Origin: Octopus sinensis
Taxonomy: Eukaryota
Reading direction: 5' to 3'
Length of the DNA stretch: 33,724 nt
Assembly: GCF_006345805.1 (NCBI RefSeq)
Contig: NW_021831977.1
Location: 1-33,724, forward strand
The translations under genes and the position numbers were made by a program. Positions 25,462 to 33,724 of this stretch are shown here, one piece after another. Every line of letters begins with the position of its first letter. Position 1 is the stretch's first letter. Under the pieces are notes generated by a model. It was not told the origin of the DNA, did not search any database, and saw only the letters and a list, made by a program, of their open reading frames with translations.

Positions 25462-26363
25462 CAGGGTGGTCCGAAAGTCTTTTCACCATCTATAAATATT
25501 GTTTTAATTTTTTTTTATTATCAAGGAGAGAGTTCCACAAGAGCGATACCAGAATACCTAACAGTTGAATGATGTTCTTTCGGCAGCCTTTGCAACAGTC
25601 ACCGAACCACAGCTTCGTAAAATATCACACAGGACATGGCACCGCATCAATTTGTGCCACGAAAATGATGTTCATACAGACCTTATCGATGTGTGACATT
25701 ATTGGAAGCACTCCGTCGGTTACGACGATGAGGGTTCCGGTTGATCCGAATCAACGGAACAGCCTGCTCGTGAAATTAACGTGTAAGTGGCCGAGCACTC
25801 CACAGACACGTGTACCCATAACGTAGTTCTCGGGGATATTCAGCGTGACACAGAGAGTGACAAGGCCGGCTCTTTGAAGTACAGGTACAACAGAAACAGG
25901 AAGAGTGAGAGAAAGTTGTGGTAAAAGAGTACAGCAGGGATCACCACCATCCCCTGCCGGAGCATCGTGGAGCTTTTAGGTGTTTTCGCTCAATAAACAC
26001 TCACAACGCCCGGTCTGGGAATCGAAACCGCGATCCTATGACCGCGAGTCCGCTGCCCTAACCACTGGGCCATTGCGCCTCCACGATACCTGGATACCCA
26101 ACAGTTGAATGATGTTGTTTCGGCAGCCTTTGCAACAATCACTAAACCACAGCTTCGTAAAATATCACACAGGACATGGCACCGCATCAATTTGTGCCAC
26201 GAAAATGATGGTGTTCGTACAGACCTTATCGATGTGTGACGACGTCAATGTTAACGAAAGCGAATATACTAAAGCCAGTACATATCCTTGATATTATCAT
26301 AGTGTCCCTTTATTGTTCTTATTACTTTTCGATAGGGGGTGACAAGACTTTAGGACCACCCTA
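25462..26363 (+). mobile_element. Internally deleted Tc1/mariner-like DNA transposon interrupted by SINE-C
   Basis: TIRs CAGGGTGGTCCGAAAGTCTTTTCACC (25462-25487) and 26338-26363, 23/26 match. TA on the right, TG on the left. The interior translates as ..QQLNDVVSAAFATITKPQLRKISHRTWHRINLCHENDGVRTDLIDV*, like a Tc1/mariner C-terminus. Confidence 0.75.
25704..26084 (-). mobile_element. SINE-C full-length copy 2
   Basis: About 10 substitutions and 2 indels versus copy 1 (manual count). Flanked by 153/156-bp direct repeats. Confidence 0.93.
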
Positions 26364-26399
26364 TACCATCACGTCTATTGCCTCCATGTTGGTTCAAAC

Positions 26400-26620
26400 A
26401 TTGGTTTCAAATTATGGCACAAGGCCAGCAATTTCGTGGTAGGAAATATGTTGATTACATTGACCCCCCAGTGATCAACTGATATTTGTTTTATAGATCC
26501 CCTAAAGAATGAAAGACAAAGTTGACCTCGGCGGAATTTGAACTTAGATCGTTAAGACACAAGAAAAATCCTGCCGACGATCTTGTCCGTCGCGTTAATG
26601 ATTCTGCCAGCACGCTGCCA
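26400..26620 (-). mobile_element. Old SINE-A variant with alternative tail (..GGCCTTGTGCCATAATTTGAAACC)
   Basis: Head GGCAGCGTGCTGGCAGAATCATTA and central AAAGTTGACCTCGGCGGAATTTGAAC in reverse complement. Confidence 0.7.
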
Positions 26621-26694
26621 TTATGTTGGCTAAGACAACAGTTACCAGAACGAATAATAAAAAAAAGGGAACTAGAGCAAGAGAGAGAGAGAGA

Positions 26695-26735
<41 letters not shown>

Positions 26736-27053
26736 AGGAGAGAGAGGAATTTTAAAAAGTAAATGTAATTGTGGTTGTTTAAACCCAAATCAATCATGGT
26801 GCTGAACACCTATAATGAAGGGCGTTCTAAATGTGACGATCCTGTCTCCTAGACGGCTTATATTTAAGACTATATTATTCAGTGTAATGTCATATTTTTA
26901 AAGGACAGCAAGCGTTTGATTTGAAAGAAATTTGGCGGCCATTTTATCAGAAAGAGTGATCATAGTTAGGAGACTCAAACTCCCTTTTTAGTTCGAAAAT
27001 GTATGCTAAACACAAATGAGATGACAATCGCTTCTTTTGGATTGGGTGTGGTT

Positions 27054-27107
<54 letters not shown>

Positions 27108-28272
27108 TATACACTCATGCATTGTTACTTTCACACATACAGACACGCAAGAAATTTTATATTCGTTTTGTATTAAAAAAAAGTCAGAAGTAGTGAAACA
27201 CGTAAACGTAAAAAAAAAACAAAAAACAAAAAAAAATTAAAAACAAAAAGATTGAACATGACTGAAAAAGTTTAAGTTAAAAGATGAAGGAATGAGATTC
27301 GATTATAAAATTGTTTAATGTAGGTGATGAAAGAAATCCATCGATTACTTCTTAGGAGCAGCGGTAAAAAGGAATTATGAAAATTATAATAAAGATAATT
27401 ACAGATGACACATGATCAAAGCAAAACAAAAAATTAAAATTAAATTAAAATAATGAAAAAAGAAAATGATTAGTTTTTAAAAAAAAAAAAATTTAGGTTT
27501 CCAAAGAAATTTGAGCCAAAGAAAAAAAAAATGAAATTTAAATTAGATTATGCTTCCTTACGTTTTCATCTCAAAAATGTTTCATAAAGAGAGAGTAGAA
27601 AACAAATTGCGTGGCTCGTGACGGAGAGAAAGCCTTGTTGCAGTGATGGCCAAAAAAAAAAAAAATCTATAGATCTTTCTAGATTTGTCCTTTATATTCT
27701 GAGTACAAATTCTACCGACATCAAGATTGTCTTTCATCTTATTGGTGTCGAATAAAATTAGTACTGTTCAATTACTGTGGAAGATTTAATTGGATATATG
27801 ATTGCGCCATATTCTGTGCCATTGTGCAAATATTAGGAAACCGACAAAATCGTTAGAGCGTCGAACAAAACACATTGCAATATTTGTTCCAGGCCTTTAT
27901 GTTCTGATCTCAAATCCCGCCGAGATTTACTCTGCTATTAATTTTTTTGGGATCGATAAAATAATGTACCAGTTAGTTCGATCGCATACCACTCCCAAAG
28001 TTATTGACCTATATTAAAATCAAACTATTCAGGTTAGTAAAATGGCTGAATCGTTCGAGCATCGGCAAAATATTTTACGTTATTTGTTTAAATTACACGT
28101 TCAAATTCCACTGAAACCAACTGAGCTGAATTTTGTTTTGTTGGCGGAATGATATAGACTTCATTAGAGTTGCATAATGCCTCCTAATAATGTCAAAATT
28201 GGATATTTTATATATTAAACGCTAAAAATAAATTACGAAAAAAAATTCTAATATTTAATATTTTATTTTATT

Positions 28273-28520
28273 AAGGCCGAGAGCTGGCAGAATCGTTCGC
28301 ACGTCGGATAAAATGTTTAGCGGTTTTTATCATTTCAGGGTCGATAAAATAAGTACCAGTTGAGCACTGGGGTAGATATAATCGAGTTACCCCTTTCCTC
28401 AAAGTTGCTTGCCAAGTGCCAAAATTTGAAACTAATATTTGCGACTATTGTTTTTTTTTTTTTTTTTGTGCTAATATAGTGAGTAATTTTGGTTGACAGA
28501 AACTGTGGAAGCCCAACGTT

Positions 28521-28559
<39 letters not shown>

Positions 28560-28592
28560 CTATATATATATATAATATATATACATATATAT

Positions 28593-28660
<68 letters not shown>

Positions 28661-28905
28661 GTATGTATGTAAGTATGTATGTATGTATGTATCTATCTAT
28701 CTATCTATCTATGGGTGGTGTCTTTGTTTCTGTATTTGTCTCATCCCACATCGCTTGGCAAGTGGTGTTGATTTTCTTACGTCTCTGTAACTTAGCTATC
28801 TGGCAAAAGAATCGACAAAATAAGTGCTAGACTTATTTGATTTGATAAACTAAAACTGTTCATGGTTGTGCTCCAGCAAAGCTGCAGTTCAATGACACAG
28901 AAAAT
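28273..28905 (+). mobile_element. Old SINE-A variant (28273-28435) followed by an old SINE-B (~28490-28905) with ~180-bp internal microsatellite
   Basis: GAGCTGGCAGAATCGTT..GGGTCGATAAAATAAGTACCAG..GTGCCAAAATTTGAAA; then GAAACTGTGGAAGCCC-(TA)n..GCTCCAGCA..CAGTTCAATGAC. Confidence 0.65.
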
Positions 28906-29010
28906 ATAATAATTTCAAAAGAATTTTGTAAATTTAAATATTTATTTTATTCGTTTTGCATTTTGAAAGGCTCTGTTTCAATATGCATGTTATCTGCAAT
29001 CCAGGCCTGC

Positions 29011-29047
<37 letters not shown>

Positions 29048-30058
29048 TTTTTTTTTTTTGAAAAGAATTAAAACCATCATGATGGCAATTAATCAAAACA
29101 GATAAGAAAGCGAAAGGAAATTACGTCAACGTTCAGGTGAAAGTAAAGTTCACAGAAACATCCGCTTGGCAGATAACAGAAACCATATGTCTGATGCCCG
29201 ATTCGATATCAAAGTAGAAAAACCCAACTCTTGACAAGTAACAGGCACTGCTTCACTAAAGCAGGATTAAATCAAAGTGAAGAAGAAAATATGTGCTCGG
29301 CAAAAAAGTTGACGAAGCTGAAACTTGCTTGAAGAAGATTTAGATGAAAAGAAATTTGCTGCTGCTTCGGTTTATACCGCTTTCCAAGGGTCAGTACAAT
29401 TACAGTCAGCTACTGACAGGATAAAGCCACCGACTTTTTTCTTTTTGCATAAGAATAATGGTGACAAAAGTAGTTTCAATGTTATACTGGAGTTTGAAGG
29501 TTAGACATCAGACCAACGTTGTGCTGTTTCAGTGTGGAAAAACAAAGCATTGCCAAACCTTCTGTCAATCACTTCCTCGATATAGAGTAGAATGTTGTTG
29601 CTATGTCACGAGAGTGACTTCTCTAGGTTTTCAGAAAAGAACAGGACCAGATTAGGTAGTAAATGTCACTTCGATGTATCTTTACTTTACAGTCTGTGCT
29701 GATTTTCTTGCTGCCATCTCCGTCGCCGCCGCCGCTGCCTGGTTCACTCCCCTCCCAACATCAAAATCGATTCAGAAAACCTATCATAGAAAACGTTTCG
29801 ATCATAAATAACATGTGCTTTATCTGTTATTTTCATCTCTAAAATTACACTTTCCTGATAAGTCCTGCAATTTTTTCTAAAATCAGGGTGTGATATGAGG
29901 GTGATTATGGTGCTATAACTAGCAAGTTGAGTGGTCACATAGAGGCTTTTCATTAGCTTCACAGTTAAAGCTGCTTTTTTATCAGTGCAAATTGATCAAA
30001 ATAATGATCTAAAACATTCCATTCATGACCATCTCACCTTCTAAAAGTTGTGCGTGTA

Positions 30059-30530
<472 letters not shown>

Positions 30531-30620
30531 GATTATAAGGAAAAAAATTCTCTAATGCATAGACTTCACTTTGAGTGCTCAAGATCTTCAAACCTGAGGC
30601 GTTAGGATAATTTAGAAGTA

Positions 30621-30990
30621 AGAATCAGATTTAGGCAAATCAACGTCACATATACATTTATATTTTTTTCAGCCCTAGACCCAAGATGCATGAATTTGTA
30701 ACATCCACACATTTTATCTTATAGTCTTACCTTTTTTTACGACTTCGTTTTATAATCTGCAAGTCGACCTATAAATGTATTTATTTTTTCAATATATCTT
30801 TTATGTATATATCTATATATGTATATATTTTTATATGTATATTTTTAATGTATTGATTGTTCTATATAATTTTATATATCTATATATTTTAGAAGTATTG
30901 AATATACTTTTGGAGAAATTCATGTATGTTGGGTCTAGGGCTGAAGAAATATGAATGGATATGTGAACTGGATTTGCCTAAATTGATTCT
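30621..30990. mobile_element. MITE with ~76-bp terminal inverted repeats and probable TA TSD
   Basis: AGAATCAGATTTAGGCAAATC..CAGCCCTAGACCCAAGATGCATGAATTT (30621-30696) mirrors 30917-30990. TA on both flanks; AT-rich core. Confidence 0.7.
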
Positions 30991-31050
30991 TATACATGTA
31001 TGTATATATGTATATATAAATGTGTATTTATATATATATATATATATAAA

Positions 31051-31081
<31 letters not shown>

Positions 31082-31844
31082 GTATCAAATGAAATAAAAT
31101 GAAAAACAGGACACAAAGGATGTCGCGGTACATATGTTTCGAGCTTTATAAAACAACTTATTCTTACATCAATGCATAATCGACATAACAGATAGTTTAA
31201 AAGCCCTCTTCAACCCTCTTCAGCTCTACTAGCTTACATTTATCAAGTATTCACCCTGAATTTATATATATATATATATATTCTTGTATTTTTGTATCCT
31301 TTTGTTCTCTCAATATGCATTCGAGTCCAGTCCAAATACTCGAATGCATACTGAGAGATAGTCTTAGCCCGTTTGTCCGCAGACGGTTGATTTCTGTAGT
31401 TTATTATCAGTGTTTTTTTTTTGCCGCTGATTTAAATAAGAGTTTTGACTCTTCCTTCCAGCAGGTAGACATATTTAGCATGTCCTTTGATTGATTTTAA
31501 TCCTTCAGCTATTTAATGTTTTCTTTTTGCGCCTGCAATTGTCAATATTATTGATTCTGTTATTATCATTTTTAAATTGTTACACTAGATAATAACAGAG
31601 TCAATGGTATCTTCGCAAATATTTTCTCCTGAATTATTTGCTCTGAATTTGGGGCTGGCCAGATTGGAGACATCTCAAGTATAATCAGCCAAATTGCGAG
31701 GATAATCTGGTGCTTGACTGAGGAAAGAAAACTTCGTATGACCCGTCCTGTTTTCTTTGTATCGTCTATCTGGATGCTTTGTTTGTCCCATTTTTGTATC
31801 ACCTAGCTGTTTGGATTGTTTTGCGTTCTTGTCCCATTTTGAAT

Positions 31845-31912
<68 letters not shown>

Positions 31913-32362
31913 TACAATATATATTGTATGTATGTAATACAATATATATATATATAATACAATATTATATATATGTATGTGGTATGTATGTATGTATGTA
32001 TGTATGTATATTATATATATGTGTAGATATGTATAAGTTAATTGTTCCTTCTATGAGATACTTAGCTATTATTTCTGTCAGATCTAAAGATAACTCCATT
32101 ATTGGCTTGCTTGAATATATGTATATATTTAAATATATGTAAAGGTAAGATTCAGGGATGGCGGTGTAAGAAGTTAGTAAACTTCAAGCAGTCCGTAGAT
32201 GGTATAAAAACAGCTTTCAGGAACGATAGTGGTTTTTTGACGTAGAAGGTTCTAAATTTTTCCCATATTGAAGTTCAATAAGCTGAAAAAAAAGTTAGCA
32301 GCTTGGGCTACTGTGTATGTGAATGAAAATCTAAATTTAGGGGATGGAGCAGATAAAATCCA

Positions 32363-32700
32363 GGTTACTTATGTTTCATAGCTAGCAGAACCTTGGAAGT
32401 TGTAAATTATCCAAACGAGGGGTAGACCGGAAGCTGCACTTCACGCCAAGAATACATTCATTATATGAAGTTTAAATCGTCATTAGGAGATCCCGTGTTA
32501 ACTCGTTGTAGATACGATCAAAACGCAAGGGATTTGATCGAAATGCGTTCGAATCCTCCACAAGTTCACAAGGGATCTCCCAACGACAATGTAAACTTCA
32601 TATGATCATAATATCCTTGGCCTTAAGTGTAGCTTAAGTGTAGCTTCGTTTGGATAATTACTACTTCCGAGGTTCCGCTAGCTCTGGAACATATGTTCCC
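32363..32700. mobile_element. Foldback (near fully palindromic) MITE, ~340 bp
   Basis: Arm pairs: AGCTAGCAGAACCTTGGAAGT..TTATCCAAACG with 32646-32683; GCCAAG..TATGAAGTTTA..GGAGATCCC with 32564-32623. Pairing continues towards ~32530. Confidence 0.8.
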
Positions 32701-32787
32701 TAATTCTGAATATATGTGTATGTGTATATATATATATATATAATCAGAACAGCAGGGTGTAATTTGAGGTTGATTGGCTGCTATTTG

Positions 32788-33226
32788 GGATCTTTTCGGT
32801 TTGGACGGCAGTTTTTTCTAGCGGTGTCATATGAAATTGTCACCTATAATTATGACCCTATCGATCTATTGCATTTCAATCTGTTTTAGGGTTAGAATTA
32901 GTTAGGGTTAGGGTTAGGGGTGTGGGGAAGGGTATCTTTTTTTCTTCACAAATGTAAATAAACCCCAATCTGTTTTCTTAAACGAGGGATATATTCATAC
33001 GGCAACAGAATGTTTTTTTACCTCAATAGACGTCACTGATTGGTTGAAATTGCAGAAATTGAAGAAAAAAAACAACAAATATCTTACAAATTAATAGAAT
33101 TTTCCCAATAAAGCCAAGAGAAAAATTGTTTTAAAACACATTCTACCAGTATACGAAGTTTAAAAGTGTTTAGTTTACGTGGAAATTATTAAAAAAAAAA
33201 AACTGCCGTTCAAACTGAAAAGATCC
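32788..33226. mobile_element. Non-autonomous TIR DNA transposon (439 bp, 30-bp TIR, 8-bp TSD)
   Basis: TIR GGATCTTTTCGGTTTGGACGGCAGTTTTTT matches 33197-33226 at 28/30. Perfect TSD GCTATTTG at 32780-32787 and 33227-33234. Internal TTAGGG repeats at 32886-32919. Confidence 0.92.
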
Positions 33227-33724
33227 GCTATTTGTAATAGGTCTGTCACAAAAAAGTTTTTTCTCTATCGTTGGCGCATGTATACATAAGACACTGTGGT
33301 ATATTGAGAGAACTTTGGCAGCTCCCATATTGACTTATACATACATAAATCAGTAAATTGCGTATTGAGAGATTTGACTGCTATTTCTGCCTTGTCTTAT
33401 CTACCGTTAGGAGACTCCTCGTTGGCGGATATCTATGGTAACGCAGGTATGTTTGTTAAATATTTCAAATTTGCATGCGATAAAAATGAACAATATTTTA
33501 GAAGTACTTATTGTATGTTGCTGGAAGGAGGAAAATGTCATTACAGTGTAAATATAGGTAGGTGGAAACAAGCTATCAATAAATTAGGCGGAAGCTATAT
33601 TTTTCACTGTAAATGTTTAGTCTAAACTATCATTTGAAGAGAGTCGAACAGGCAATGTGTCATCTTCATGTGATTTAAATCTAGTGTAAGTAACGCAGAC
33701 GCCATTATTTATTTATGTTTTATT

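Noticed and set aside
25545-26240. CRISPR-like or LTR-like direct repeats
   Set aside because: Only two repeats, no TG..CA ends, PBS or PPT; the interior is a SINE.
32886-32919. Telomere or chromosome fusion site
   Set aside because: Only four TTAGGG units, enclosed by TIRs and a TSD.

Overview
AT-rich, microsatellite-dense animal genomic DNA. The SINE/LINE/Helitron repertoire looks like that of octopus, but this is an inference from pattern recognition and not a database match. I cannot support any host protein-coding gene, RNA gene or CRISPR array, and most ORFs in the supplied track are translated microsatellites. The window is a layered transposon graveyard. It holds a young 5'-truncated Tx1/L1-clade LINE plus a deleted sister copy, relics of RLE-type (R4/Dong-like) LINEs, a Penelope-like GIY-YIG relic, a Helitron PIF1-helicase relic and two non-autonomous Helitrons with shared ends. 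It also holds at least five tRNA-headed SINE families (my local labels A-E) and four TIR/foldback DNA elements. The most notable signals are: (i) SINE-A shares its 3' tail with the Tx1 LINE; (ii) SINE-A copies truncate or insert at one recurrent GTATTT site; (iii) a tRNA-headed SINE carries a decayed hammerhead-like motif; (iv) an RLE-type LINE has a twin-priming-style 5' inversion; (v) a SINE is flanked by a 153/156-bp duplication; (vi) a ~340-bp foldback palindrome and a MITE carrying TTAGGG/G-quadruplex repeats. All identities were counted by eye.
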